Source: a bacterium
GTDB taxonomy: Bacteria > Krumholzibacteriota > Krumholzibacteriia > LZORAL124-64-63
NCBI GenBank assembly: GCA_031441465.1
Contig: JANOEP010000066.1
Span: 64,001-128,000 of the forward strand
Length of the DNA stretch: 64,000 nt
Direction: 5' to 3'
The position numbers and the translations under genes are program-made. Below, piece after piece: positions 9,302-19,322 of this stretch. How positions within the stretch are numbered: the stretch's first letter is position 1; the number at the start of each line of letters is the position of its first letter. The notes beneath the pieces were generated by a model that searched no databases, was not told the origin of the DNA, and saw only the letters and a program-made list of their open reading frames with translations.

Positions 9302-10468
9302 ATGAACACCGCGACGCTGAGCCGAAAACTCTTCCTGCTGGGGCTGTTGGCTCTGGCCGGGCTGCTGACGCTGGGGCTGACCGGCTGCGGCGGCGAGCAG
9401 GGCGCGACCGTGCCCGCCGACGCGGCCGTCGTCGACGACGAGGCCATGGACCTGGACCAGGCCTACGGCGGCCTGACCTTCACCGACGAGGCGCCGGCTT
9501 TCGGCGACGAGTACTACGCCGCGGTGTCCCTCGAGGATCAGGCGTCGGCGAGCGACGATCCGCTGCAGTACGACGCCGAGGTCCGGGAACTCGAGGACGC
9601 CGCCCTGCAGCCCGCCGGAACCGGCGCGCCGCCGCCCCCGCGGATCATCGCGCTGCGCCTGACCTGGGGCCGGCTCGACGGCGCTCCCGAGGACATCCGC
9701 GAAGAGTTGCAGGGCCTCGACTGGAGCGGGCGGCTGCACGTGGACCGCGGTCTGGTCGTGGTGCGGCGCGTGATCCTGTTCGAGCGCCCGCGCGACCATC
9801 TCGTGCGGCCCCGCCCCGACCGGCGGACCGTGGCTTGGGTTTCCCACACCGGACCGCATTTCGACGGGCTGATCGTGGAGATCATCGAACCCGCCGCCCC
9901 GGCCGACTCCGCGAACGTCGGGACGGTCCCGCCCAACATGCTGCACCTGGTCACGCCGCAGATCACGTTGGACATCCCGGTGGCGGAACTCGCCGGACTG
10001 GACGCCACCCGACCCGTCGACGCGCTCGGCAACGCCCTGCGCCTGGAGGGCCACCGCGTCACCGACGAGGACCTGTGCCCAAAAGGCTTCCTGGGCGGCG
10101 TCTGGAAGGCCGACCGCGACTCCACGACCGTCGAGGGCGGTGTCTTCAAGGGGCGCTGGGTCGGTCTCTGGGGTCAGTTGCACGGTTTCATGCGCGGCCG
10201 CTACGGCCTCGACAGCAGCGGCGAGCGGGTCTTTTTCGGCAAGTACATCGACCAGCGGGGGCGCTGCCGCGGGATGCTGGCCGGCACCTGGGAGGTCGCG
10301 GACGAGAGCGGTCGCGGGCGGTTCCACGGCGAGTGGCACAACGCGGCCGGAACGATCGAGGGCGTCCTCGGGGGCGATTATGGCCAGGCCGCCGAGCGTC
10401 CGGGTGGCTTCTTCACGGGCCGCTGGACCACCCTCTGCGACCCGGAAACCGTGGAATCCTTGCGATGA
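9302..10468 (+). CDS. Hypothetical lipoprotein with C-terminal Gly/Trp-rich repeats (GxFxGxW)
   Basis: GGGAGG RBS; lipobox LTGC; repeated FKGRW/FHGEW/FTGRW. Confidence 0.8.
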   Translation: MNTATLSRKLFLLGLLALAGLLTLGLTGCGGEQGATVPADAAVVDDEAMDLDQAYGGLTFTDEAPAFGDEYYAAVSLEDQASASDDPLQYDAEVRELEDAALQPAGTGAPPPPRIIALRLTWGRLDGAPEDIREELQGLDWSGRLHVDRGLVVVRRVILFERPRDHLVRPRPDRRTVAWVSHTGPHFDGLIVEIIEPAAPADSANVGTVPPNMLHLVTPQITLDIPVAELAGLDATRPVDALGNALRLEGHRVTDEDLCPKGFLGGVWKADRDSTTVEGGVFKGRWVGLWGQLHGFMRGRYGLDSSGERVFFGKYIDQRGRCRGMLAGTWEVADESGRGRFHGEWHNAAGTIEGVLGGDYGQAAERPGGFFTGRWTTLCDPETVESLR

Positions 10469-10501
10469 CAAGCGGTTAGCCCGCGTCTTGTCAAGAAGAC
10501 G

Positions 10502-10532
10502 GCGGCGGTCCCCTGGGGGGCCGCCGCTTTTT
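10502..10532 (+). terminator. Rho-independent terminator
   Basis: GCGGCGGTCCC/GGGCCGCCGC stem followed by TTTTT. Confidence 0.75.
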
Positions 10533-10632
10533 ATCAGGTCTTCCTCGTTGTCAGTCATCATGTTCATGAGTTATAATCAAATACCCGCATAAGACTGCCG
10601 AATCTCGTAGGTCCTGAGCTTGAGGAGTCACG

Positions 10633-13600
10633 ATGATGCGCTCTTGGTGCAAGGCTGCCGTCCTGCTGCTGTCACTGCTGGTCCTGGGCTCGGTCGCCGG
10701 CGCGGCGTGGGTTCCGGCGGGCGGCGGTGCCGTCTCGCCGCCGCTGGTCATCGCGACCGGGTCCGGTGACGCGGTCACGCTCCAGATCGAGGTGCCCGGT
10801 TACCATCTCGACGGCGCGCTGGTCGACGGCCGCACCTACGCCAAGCTGGGGCTGCCCGGCGAGGCCTGGCTGATGGAGAAGGGCCTGCCCGAGTTGCCGA
10901 TGATCAGCCGCAGCGTCGCCATCGCCGGCACCGGCGAGCCGTTCCTGCGGGTCGTCGCCAGCGAGTGGACCGAGACCGCCGTCGATCCCGTCCTGCCCTC
11001 CAAGGGGCACCTGACCCGCGACCTCGATCCGGCGGGCATCGCCTTCACCTTCGACGCCCTCTACCGCGACGGTGGGGTCTACCCCCGCGAAGCGGCGAGC
11101 CTCGGCGACCCGTTCATCGTGCGCGACGAGCGCGGCGTCTCCCTGCGCGTGGTGCCCTTCCAGTACGACGCCGGCCGCGGCGTGCTGCGCGTGCTGCGCC
11201 GCATGACGATCGAGGTCCTCACCAAGGGGACCGGCGGCCTGAACGAGCTGCCGAGCGGCGCCACCGCCGCCGTCGACCCCGAGTTCGCCCGCATCTACCG
11301 CGGGATGTTCGCCAACTACGGCGCCGACAAGTACGTCGCCATCGGCACGACCGGCCGGATGCTCGTCGTCACGGCCGACGCCTACCAGGGCGCGCTGGCC
11401 CCGTTCATCGCCTGGAAGCAGCAGAAGGGCATCCCGGTCGAGATGATCACGATGTCCTCGGTGGGCGGGACCGCCACCGGCGTCCAGAGCGCCATCACCA
11501 GCCGCTACGGCTCGGCCGACGGCCTCACCTACGTGGTGCTCGTGGGCGACATCGCCGACGTGCCCACGCGCATCGGCACCTACGAGAGCGCGAAGTCGGA
11601 CCCGACCTACGCCATGGTCGCGGGCTCCGACCGCTACCCCGACCTGTTCGTCTCGCGCATCTCCGCTGCCAACGTCAACGAGGTCCAGCTCCAGGTCGCC
11701 AAGTTCGTACGCTACGAGCGCGATCCCGACACGGGCGCCGCCGCCGAGTGGTACCACAAGGCGACCGGCCTGGCCTCGAACGAGGGCTCGCCGACCGACT
11801 ACGAGCGCTGCAACCTGCTGCGCGCCGACCTGCTCGGCTACACCTTCACCTACGTCGACCAGATCTACCAGCCGACCGGGACCACGGCGATGATCTCGGC
11901 CGCCCTGAACGAGGGCCGCAGCCTGGTCAACTACATCGGCCACGGCAGCGGCACCAGCTGGGGCAACCCGCCGTTCGCCAACAGCAACGTCCTGGCCCTG
12001 ACCAACGGCTGGAAGCAGCCCTGGATCCTGGACGTGAGCTGCTCCAACGGCGACTTCTCCACTTCCGTCTGCTTCGCCGAGGCCTGGCTGCGCGCCGGCT
12101 CGGTCGCCCAGCCCAACGGCGCCGTCGCCACCTACTCGGCCTCGACCCTGGCCTCCTGGGTGCCGCCCTGCGAGATGCAGACCCACGCCGTGGACCTGCT
12201 CGTCGCCGAGCAGGCCAACATCCTGGGCGCCCTGTACTACTACGGCGGCATGAAGGTGCTCGACCTCTATCCCACGGGCGAGGGCCCGAAGCTCATCGAG
12301 CAGTACAACATCTTCGGCGACTGCTCGCTGATGGTGCGCACCGACGCGCCGACGGCGATCGCGCCGACGCACCTGCCCGTCGTCCACCTCGGCACGCCGA
12401 GCTTCCAGGTGAACACCGGCGCTCCGGGCGCCGTGGCCTGCCTCTACCGCGACGGCGTCATCCACGGCACGGCCGTCGCCGACGCGGGCGGCCTGGCGAA
12501 CATCGTGCTGGACGTGCCGGTGACCACCCCCGGCGACATGACCCTCACGGTGACCGGCTACAACCTCACCACCTACCAGGCGACCCTGCTCGCGATCAAC
12601 CCCTCGGTGGTCGTCCTGGATCCCGACACGATCGACGCCAACGTGGCGACGGACGTCACCGTGACGGTGTTCGGTCCCGACGGCACGACGCCGCTGCCCG
12701 GCATCGACGTCCGGGCCGAAGGCCTGGGCTACACCTCGGCCACCGTCGCGACGAATTCGTCGGGCGTGGCCGTGATCGGCGTCACCTACCCGTACGGCCC
12801 CTCGCTGGCCGTCGTCGGGCAGGATCCCGCCGAGACCTACGAGCTGTTCCGCGTGTCCCTGGCGGTCGACGCCCTGGCCCTGACGTCGCCGGACCTGACG
12901 GTGACCACGGACATCGGCATGACCGACCTGTTCCCGCTGAACCTGCCGGGCACCCTGCACGCGACGTCCGGCGAGGCCGGCGCCACGCTGCACGCGGTGC
13001 TGCCGGAAGGCGGCGAGCAGTCGACCGGCGCCTCGAGCCTGACGCTGACCGCGGCCCAGACGGGCGTGGTCACGGGCATCATTGCGCTCAGCGGCTACGA
13101 CCTGTACAGCGAGACGTTCGACGTGATCGAGGCCTACGGCCAGCTGACCGGTCACGTGGACCTGGCCGGCACGCCGGCGGTCGGCGCGGTCGTGCACGGC
13201 CTGGACGACCTCGGCGTCGAAGTGTTCTCGGCGACGACCAACGCGTCGGGCAACTACGACGTGGGTGAGGACGTCCTGGTCGACGACTACACCATCGCGG
13301 TGGACGTCTTCGGCTACCTGCACTTCGAGCAGGCGATGTTCCTGAACTACGGTCCCAACACGTTCGACGTCGCGATGGTCGCGGCCCCGTCGGGCGTGCT
13401 GTCGGGCCTGATCACCGACTCGGCGACGCTCCTGCCCCTGCAGGGGGTCGTGCGCGTGTACCGCAGCGACAACAACCTGCTGTACACCGAGACGACGAGC
13501 GACGCCGCGGGCGCGTTCACGACCGCGGCGCTGCCGTACTTCACGTACACGGTCGCGGTGCGCGCCTCGCACCACGTGCCGGTGAGCGTGGCGGTCGAGA

Positions 13601-15288
13601 TCGACGCGGCGACGGTCGTGAAGGACTTCGCGCTCGAGCCGACCAACGGCGACATCCTGATCGTCGACGACGACGCCGTCGCCCGCTGGGCCCCCGACAA
13701 GTTCGACGAGAAGGGCGAACTGGTCTCCGTCGGCTACGAGATCGGCGAGGAGCGCTCCACCGCCGCGCTGGCGGCGGAGTTGGAGGCGCTCGGCTACGGG
13801 GTGACCGTGCAGGCGGCGGCGGCCACCGTGCCGGCCGACTGGCCGCTCTACGACCTGGTCGTGGCGGCCTGCGGCGCCAACACCAACCCGCTGGGCAGCG
13901 CCGCCCTGCGCAGTGCGCTGATCTCTTACGTGCAGGCCGGCGGCCACCTGCTGCTCGAGGGCGGCGAACTCGTCTATGTGCACAACGCCTCCGGCGCCTT
14001 CGCCTCGACCGTGATGCACACCAACGACTGGAACCACGACACCAGCGGCGCGTTGACCGTCGCCGCGCCCACGCACCACGTGATGTCGGTGCCCAACGTG
14101 ATTTCCGGTCCGATCGCGATCACCTACACCGGGTACGGCGACCAGGACGCCGCGACGCCCCTGGCCGACGCCGTGAAGGTGGGCGCCTGGGCGTCCTACC
14201 CGACCGACGCCGGCGTGATCTGCTACGACCCGAACCCGTCGCCGACGGGTGGCCAGATCGCGTTCTTCACCTTCAAATACGCGGCCCTGAACGCCGCGGG
14301 CCGTGCGCCGCTGCTGGAGAACACCGTGCAGTGGCTGCTGGCGTCGGAGTTCGGCACCGGCAGCGTGAGCGGCCGCGTCGACCTGCAGGGCTCGGCCGAC
14401 GACTCGGGCGTGCTGGTCGAGGGCCTCCCCAGCGGCGGCTCGACGTACACCGACGCGGCGGGCAACTACACCCTGCCGGGCCTGTTCGCGGGCACCACCA
14501 TGATCCGCGCCAGCAAGTTGGCGTGGAGCATCGCCTCGACGTCGGTGACGCTGGCCGAGGGCCAGCAGCTGACGGGCGTGAACCTGACGCTGACGCCGGT
14601 CAGCGAACTCACGCAGTGCCTGCAGCCGGGTCTGTCGATCATCGACTACGGGACCGTGACCAGCCCGATGGCCCTGGCGATGGGAGCGGGCGTGACCGTG
14701 ACCAGCGTCGAGGTGTTCGTGGACATCGTGCACACGTACCAGGGCGACCTGACGGTGGACCTGACGTCGCCGGCGGGCACGACGGTGCGCCTGCACAACC
14801 GCACGGGTAGCGGCACGGACAACATCTACGGATGGTATCCGGACACGCTGACCCCGGCGGGCGACCTGGGCCTGTTCGCGGGCCAGGTTTTGGACGGCAA
14901 CTGGACGCTGACGGTCGCCGATCTGGCCGGCGGCGATGTCGGCACGTTGAGCGAGTGGTGCCTGAAGATCGTGTACGGCGGCGGCTCGACGGGCGCGGGA
15001 GACGCGCCGGCGGTGCTGTCGTTGGCGCAGAACTTCCCGAACCCGTTCAACCCGTCGACGACGATCACGTTCGCGGTGCCGCGCGCGGGCCGGGTGGACC
15101 TGCAGGTCTACGACCTGGCGGGCCGGCAGGTGCGGACGCTGGTCGGCGGCGAGCTGGCGGCCACGACGCACACGGTGGTCTGGGACGGTCGTGACGACAC
15201 GGGCCGCCAAGCGGCTAGCGGCACGTACTACTACCGCCTGCGCAGCGAGGGTCAGGAACTGACCCGCAAGATGACCTTGTTGAAGTAA
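10633..15288 (+). CDS. Gingipain-like C25 cysteine peptidase with propeptide, Ig/carboxypeptidase-regulatory-like domains, proprotein-convertase P domain and FlgD-Ig C-terminal domain
   Basis: Signal peptide; YVVLVGD; NYIGHG (His) and DVSCSNG (Cys); IFGD; HTYQGDL...GNWTL (P domain); QNFPNPFNPSTTI C-terminus. Confidence 0.9.
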   Translation: MMRSWCKAAVLLLSLLVLGSVAGAAWVPAGGGAVSPPLVIATGSGDAVTLQIEVPGYHLDGALVDGRTYAKLGLPGEAWLMEKGLPELPMISRSVAIAGTGEPFLRVVASEWTETAVDPVLPSKGHLTRDLDPAGIAFTFDALYRDGGVYPREAASLGDPFIVRDERGVSLRVVPFQYDAGRGVLRVLRRMTIEVLTKGTGGLNELPSGATAAVDPEFARIYRGMFANYGADKYVAIGTTGRMLVVTADAYQGALAPFIAWKQQKGIPVEMITMSSVGGTATGVQSAITSRYGSADGLTYVVLVGDIADVPTRIGTYESAKSDPTYAMVAGSDRYPDLFVSRISAANVNEVQLQVAKFVRYERDPDTGAAAEWYHKATGLASNEGSPTDYERCNLLRADLLGYTFTYVDQIYQPTGTTAMISAALNEGRSLVNYIGHGSGTSWGNPPFANSNVLALTNGWKQPWILDVSCSNGDFSTSVCFAEAWLRAGSVAQPNGAVATYSASTLASWVPPCEMQTHAVDLLVAEQANILGALYYYGGMKVLDLYPTGEGPKLIEQYNIFGDCSLMVRTDAPTAIAPTHLPVVHLGTPSFQVNTGAPGAVACLYRDGVIHGTAVADAGGLANIVLDVPVTTPGDMTLTVTGYNLTTYQATLLAINPSVVVLDPDTIDANVATDVTVTVFGPDGTTPLPGIDVRAEGLGYTSATVATNSSGVAVIGVTYPYGPSLAVVGQDPAETYELFRVSLAVDALALTSPDLTVTTDIGMTDLFPLNLPGTLHATSGEAGATLHAVLPEGGEQSTGASSLTLTAAQTGVVTGIIALSGYDLYSETFDVIEAYGQLTGHVDLAGTPAVGAVVHGLDDLGVEVFSATTNASGNYDVGEDVLVDDYTIAVDVFGYLHFEQAMFLNYGPNTFDVAMVAAPSGVLSGLITDSATLLPLQGVVRVYRSDNNLLYTETTSDAAGAFTTAALPYFTYTVAVRASHHVPVSVAVEIDAATVVKDFALEPTNGDILIVDDDAVARWAPDKFDEKGELVSVGYEIGEERSTAALAAELEALGYGVTVQAAAATVPADWPLYDLVVAACGANTNPLGSAALRSALISYVQAGGHLLLEGGELVYVHNASGAFASTVMHTNDWNHDTSGALTVAAPTHHVMSVPNVISGPIAITYTGYGDQDAATPLADAVKVGAWASYPTDAGVICYDPNPSPTGGQIAFFTFKYAALNAAGRAPLLENTVQWLLASEFGTGSVSGRVDLQGSADDSGVLVEGLPSGGSTYTDAAGNYTLPGLFAGTTMIRASKLAWSIASTSVTLAEGQQLTGVNLTLTPVSELTQCLQPGLSIIDYGTVTSPMALAMGAGVTVTSVEVFVDIVHTYQGDLTVDLTSPAGTTVRLHNRTGSGTDNIYGWYPDTLTPAGDLGLFAGQVLDGNWTLTVADLAGGDVGTLSEWCLKIVYGGGSTGAGDAPAVLSLAQNFPNPFNPSTTITFAVPRAGRVDLQVYDLAGRQVRTLVGGELAATTHTVVWDGRDDTGRQAASGTYYYRLRSEGQELTRKMTLLK

Positions 15289-15298
15289 ATCCTGCAGG

Positions 15299-15337
15299 AC
15301 GGAGCGGCGGGCCTTCGGGCCCGCCGTTTCCGTTTCA
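15299..15337 (+). terminator. Rho-independent terminator
   Basis: GCGGCGGGCC-TTCG-GGCCCGCCGT hairpin with T-rich tail. Confidence 0.7.
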
Positions 15338-15596
15338 GGAAGCCCGGCCATCGGCCTGTCTGCGCGTCTGCCGTTGATGGATCGTCGGGGACATCCCTGA
15401 TATCAGGGATCTACGAGATGATGTATCAAATCACCAAGACCAGGCGCCGACTCGATTCATGCCGTCATGCAGATTTCACACATGTGAACGCCGATCGAAA
15501 AGTGCGGTGGGGGCCGGTCCAATACTGCGGCACCCAGAACCAGTTTCATGGCCAGCCCCCTTCGTTTCCAGGCCGTCCGTCCAGCGGGAGCCGCGG

Positions 15597-16193
15597 CTAT
15601 CCCAGATCCAACTCGATCGGACCCGCATCGATCAGCGGGTGTGCGCTCAGCCGCCGTCGAGCCTCGGCCACGAGGTCGTAGCGGCCCACGACGGTGCCGC
15701 CGCCCTCGATCTCGTACTCGTGGGCGGGCGAGTAGACCTCCACCCCCCTGGCGCGCGGGTCGTGCTTTTCGGCGGCGCGACGGTCCGCGATCTTCAGCCC
15801 GGCCGGCAGCGCCGACAGCAGATCCTGAATCTCGATGCCGTACCGCACGGCGTAGGCTTGGAACCGGTATACGAAGGACGCGCGGCGGATCCGGGTGTCC
15901 GACAGGATCGCAAGACCGGTCTCGGCCGTCATGCGCTTGGCCGCACGCTTCAGCAGCCCGCGCAGCTCGCCGTCGAGGATCACGCGGCAGGCCTGGCGGT
16001 GCGCGCCGACCAGTTCCTTCAGCCGGGAGCCGAGGCCCGGTCCGGCGACGGACGCCTCGTGGGCGAACACCGGTGCGGCGCCGCTGCCGGCGCCGATGGA
16101 GAGCCCGGCGAGGAAGCCGTGGACCAGGTCGTGCGGACCCTCGATGGCTAGTTCGTGAAAGGTCGGCGCGGCGGCAGCCGGCTTTGTGGCCAT
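15597..16193 (-). CDS. Hypothetical protein
   Basis: AGGAGGG RBS directly after antiporter stop; host codon usage. Confidence 0.65.
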   Translation of the reverse strand: MATKPAAAAPTFHELAIEGPHDLVHGFLAGLSIGAGSGAAPVFAHEASVAGPGLGSRLKELVGAHRQACRVILDGELRGLLKRAAKRMTAETGLAILSDTRIRRASFVYRFQAYAVRYGIEIQDLLSALPAGLKIADRRAAEKHDPRARGVEVYSPAHEYEIEGGGTVVGRYDLVAEARRRLSAHPLIDAGPIELDLG

Positions 16194-16203
16194 GGTTCCC
16201 CTC

Positions 16204-17703
16204 CTAGGTGAAGAAGATGAACGTGATCACCACGAAGGTCGTCACCAGGATCGGCAGCGAGTACTTCAGCATGTAGCCGAAGAAGCTGGGCATCGGGACG
16301 CCGGCCTCCTCGGCGATGGACTTGACCATGAAGTTGGGCGCGTTGCCGATGTAGGTGTTGGCGCCCATGAAGACCGAGCCGGCGGAGATCGCCGTCAGGT
16401 CCCGGATGAAGTCCGGGTTCCGCAGGCTCGCGTCCAGGTAACCCAGCAGGCCGGGCACCGCGCTCTCGGGCATGCCGATGCTGCCCAACGCCGTGTTGAA
16501 GAAGGTCAGGTAGGTGGGCGCGTTGTCCAGGAAGCTGGACAGGACGCCGGTGACCCAGAAGTAGTGCGCGGGCGACTTCACGCAGGCGGCCACGCCGGCC
16601 AGGGCGCCTGCGGACCCGACCTGTAGGATCGCCAGGGCGGGGATGATGGTCATGAAGATCCCGGCGAAGAGGTACGCCACCTCCTGGATCGGGCCCCAGG
16701 AGAACTCGTTCTGCTTGCGGATCGCCTTGGTGGTGAAGCGCAGCGAGAGCGCGCCCATCAGGATCAGGATCGCGTCGCGCAGCCAGTTCTGCAGCTCGAC
16801 CTGCACGTGCCCATAGATGGGGACCGCCGGCAGCTTGAGCGAGCCCGAGAGCAGCACGCCGCCCATGATCCCCAGCAGGCACAGCAGGTTCTGCAGGCCC
16901 TCGATGCGGATGCCCTTGCTCTGGCCGTCGTGCCCGTCCTCGGGCGCCGCGGCGGGTTCCTTGCGGAACCAGTAGGTGTCCAGGGCGAAGAAGATCACCA
17001 GCAGGATCGCCACGGCCGTCAGCGCGTGCGGCAGCAGCGCCTTGGTGACCCAGAAGAACGGCACCCCGTGCAGGAAGCCCAGAAACAGCGGCGGGTCGCC
17101 CAGGGGGGTCAGTGAGCCGCCGATGTTGGCCACCAGGAAGATGAAGAACACCACGGTGTGGACGCGGTAGCGGCGCCAGGCGTTGGCCCGCAGCAGGGGG
17201 CGGATCAGGACCATCGCTGCGCCGGTCGTCCCGATCCACGAGGCCAGCAGCGTGCCGATCAGCAGCAGCAGCGTGTTGACCTTCGGCGAGCCGCGCAGGC
17301 TACCGCCGACGTAGATCCCGCCGGCCACGGTGAACAGGGCCCACAGCAGGATGATGAAGGGGAGGTAGTCGATCACGTAGATGTGGATGATCGACTGCAG
17401 CGCCTCGCCCCGGAAGGCGACCAGGAACGGCACCGCGAACACCAGCGACCAGAAGGCCGCGACCTTGGGGAAGTGGCGGTGCCAGAAGTGGGGCGCCAGC
17501 AGGGGAAAGACCGCGATCGAGAGCAGGATCCCGACGAACGGCAGGACGCTCCACAGGGGTAGTTGCGTGCCCAACGCGGCGGTGTCTGGACCGTGGCCGT
17601 CGAGCGCCGCCGCGATGCCGGGCAGCAGCATCGGGGCGAGGAACGCCGCCAGGACGACGGACGCCGCACGTCGACGGGAATGCAGGGTGCGACCGAAGCA
17701 CAT
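16204..17703 (-). CDS. IT-superfamily sodium:proton antiporter / putative citrate-transporter-like membrane protein
   Basis: Many TM helices; IGTTGA, NIGGSLTPLGDPPLFLGF, SSFLDNAPTY, GANTYIGNAPNFMVK; GGGAG RBS before ATG 17703. Confidence 0.85.
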   Translation of the reverse strand: MCFGRTLHSRRRAASVVLAAFLAPMLLPGIAAALDGHGPDTAALGTQLPLWSVLPFVGILLSIAVFPLLAPHFWHRHFPKVAAFWSLVFAVPFLVAFRGEALQSIIHIYVIDYLPFIILLWALFTVAGGIYVGGSLRGSPKVNTLLLLIGTLLASWIGTTGAAMVLIRPLLRANAWRRYRVHTVVFFIFLVANIGGSLTPLGDPPLFLGFLHGVPFFWVTKALLPHALTAVAILLVIFFALDTYWFRKEPAAAPEDGHDGQSKGIRIEGLQNLLCLLGIMGGVLLSGSLKLPAVPIYGHVQVELQNWLRDAILILMGALSLRFTTKAIRKQNEFSWGPIQEVAYLFAGIFMTIIPALAILQVGSAGALAGVAACVKSPAHYFWVTGVLSSFLDNAPTYLTFFNTALGSIGMPESAVPGLLGYLDASLRNPDFIRDLTAISAGSVFMGANTYIGNAPNFMVKSIAEEAGVPMPSFFGYMLKYSLPILVTTFVVITFIFFT

Positions 17704-17833
17704 GACTTCTCCCGTTCGAGGGTGAGGGGGAGGCGCGTCTCGACGGACGGTTTCCCCTGCAGGTGTCGGCGGGTGCGACATGGAGACTAGGGAGGCGGCA
17801 GGACGGTGTCAACGCAGGTGGTTGGCAGCACTC

Positions 17834-17852
17834 GCTAATGATAATCATTATT
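17834..17852. promoter_or_regulatory. Fur box
   Basis: GCTAATGATAATCATTATT matches 17/19 positions of canonical GATAATGATAATCATTATC. Confidence 0.85.
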
Positions 17853-17972
17853 CAATTATTCATTATTTACCTTGCCTCTCCGGAATCCCGGTGGCAACAT
17901 TCCGCAGGTTTGAGCCGCCGGACTGAACGGATCCACCGGTCGGCACCATGGTTTTGCCGGAAGGAGACCCCC

Positions 17973-19238
17973 TTGAAGACCTGGAAGTTGACCTCCCTGT
18001 TCGTGATCCTCGCGATGCTCATGAGTGTCGCCGCATATGCCGAATCTTGCACCGAGACTTGCGCCGAGACCTGCACCAGCGACATCAAGGTGACGGGCGA
18101 GTCCCGTTACCGGATCCAGATGGACGGAGCGGACCCCTACTTCTTCGACTTCGACGGGGACACCAACCCCACCTGGTTCAGCCAGCTGCGCACCCGCGTC
18201 GGCGTCAAGGCCATGGTCTCGGACAACATGGGCGTGTTCACCCAGTTCCAGGACAGCCGCTTCATCGGCGCCGTCAACGACTTCGGCATCGATCCCGTCC
18301 TGGAAATGCACCAGGGCTACATGTGGTACAAGCCCTGCGAGAAGAGCTGGCTCAAGATGGGCCGCTTCGAGATGAGCCTGCACAACGAGCGCCTCGTGGG
18401 CACCTCCGACTGGAGCATGTACGGCCAGGCGTTCGACGGCGTGATGATGGGCCGCCAGTTCGGTGAGAACATGAAAGCCACCTTCTGGGGCGTCAAGCTG
18501 TACGAGAGCTTCAACCAGTACACCGTGGTCGACGACACCGACGGCACGGATACCGCCGGCGACGACATGTTCTATGGCATCAACTTCTCGTTCCTGAACA
18601 AGGGCGTGGACGTGTTCGCCATGATGAACAGGTCCTTCGCCAACTTCCCCGGCTACGACGAGAACTACATCACTGTCGGCGCCTACAGCGAGCGGACCTT
18701 CGCCGAGAGCTTCGACTACAACGCCATGGTCGCGATGCAGACCGGCAAGGCCGACTTCGGCGCCACCGAGGTCGACGTCAGCGGCATGCTGCTGAACGCC
18801 GAGGTGGGATACACGATGGCCAACGGGATGCGCCTGGCCGGCCTCGTGGACTACACCACCGGCGACGATCCGACGACCACCGACAAGTGGGAAGGTTTCC
18901 ACAACCTGTTCTACAACTCCCACAAGTTCAACGGCATGATGGACATCGTCAACGCCGGCGACTTGGACGAGGGCCTCATGGACATCGGTCTGAAGCTCCT
19001 CTACCCGGTCAACGACAGCTGGTCGGCCATGGGCGAATTCCACAGCTTCGCGACGGTCGAGGAGTACGCGGCGGACAAGACCGCGCTGGGCTCCGAGATC
19101 GACCTGTCCGGCAAGTACGTCGACGGCGGCTTTGCCTGGCAGACCGGCCTCAGCATGTTCTCGCCCAGCGAGGACCGGGCCGGCCCGAACGCCGACAGCC
19201 AGAACTGGCTCTACACGCAGGCCACGATGAGCTTCTAG
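17973..19238 (+). CDS. Outer-membrane beta-barrel porin, alginate-export (AlgE-like) family
   Basis: AAGGAG RBS + TTG; signal peptide; QLRTR-x-G, FQDSR, GRFEM...ERLVG..W...QAFDG, DYTTGDD, GSEID; terminal Phe. Confidence 0.8.
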   Translation: MKTWKLTSLFVILAMLMSVAAYAESCTETCAETCTSDIKVTGESRYRIQMDGADPYFFDFDGDTNPTWFSQLRTRVGVKAMVSDNMGVFTQFQDSRFIGAVNDFGIDPVLEMHQGYMWYKPCEKSWLKMGRFEMSLHNERLVGTSDWSMYGQAFDGVMMGRQFGENMKATFWGVKLYESFNQYTVVDDTDGTDTAGDDMFYGINFSFLNKGVDVFAMMNRSFANFPGYDENYITVGAYSERTFAESFDYNAMVAMQTGKADFGATEVDVSGMLLNAEVGYTMANGMRLAGLVDYTTGDDPTTTDKWEGFHNLFYNSHKFNGMMDIVNAGDLDEGLMDIGLKLLYPVNDSWSAMGEFHSFATVEEYAADKTALGSEIDLSGKYVDGGFAWQTGLSMFSPSEDRAGPNADSQNWLYTQATMSF

Positions 19239-19259
19239 TCCTCTCCCGAGGGCAAGACC

Positions 19260-19300
19260 ACGCGCCCCCGGCGGCACCGGCCGCCGGGGGCGTGTCTTTT
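19260..19300 (+). terminator. Rho-independent terminator between convergent genes
   Basis: ACGCGCCCCCGGCGGC-ACCG-GCCGCCGGGGGCGTGT followed by CTTTT. Confidence 0.7.
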
Positions 19301-19322
19301 CGCGGCAGGGGGCGTGTGGGGA

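Noticed and set aside
10672..15351. Very long antisense and alternative-frame ORFs (e.g. 10672..15351 -, 29082..32351 -, 54050..56704 -, 24975..27269 -)
   Set aside because: Shadows of real genes in high-GC DNA; Arg/Gly/Pro-rich or motif-free translations
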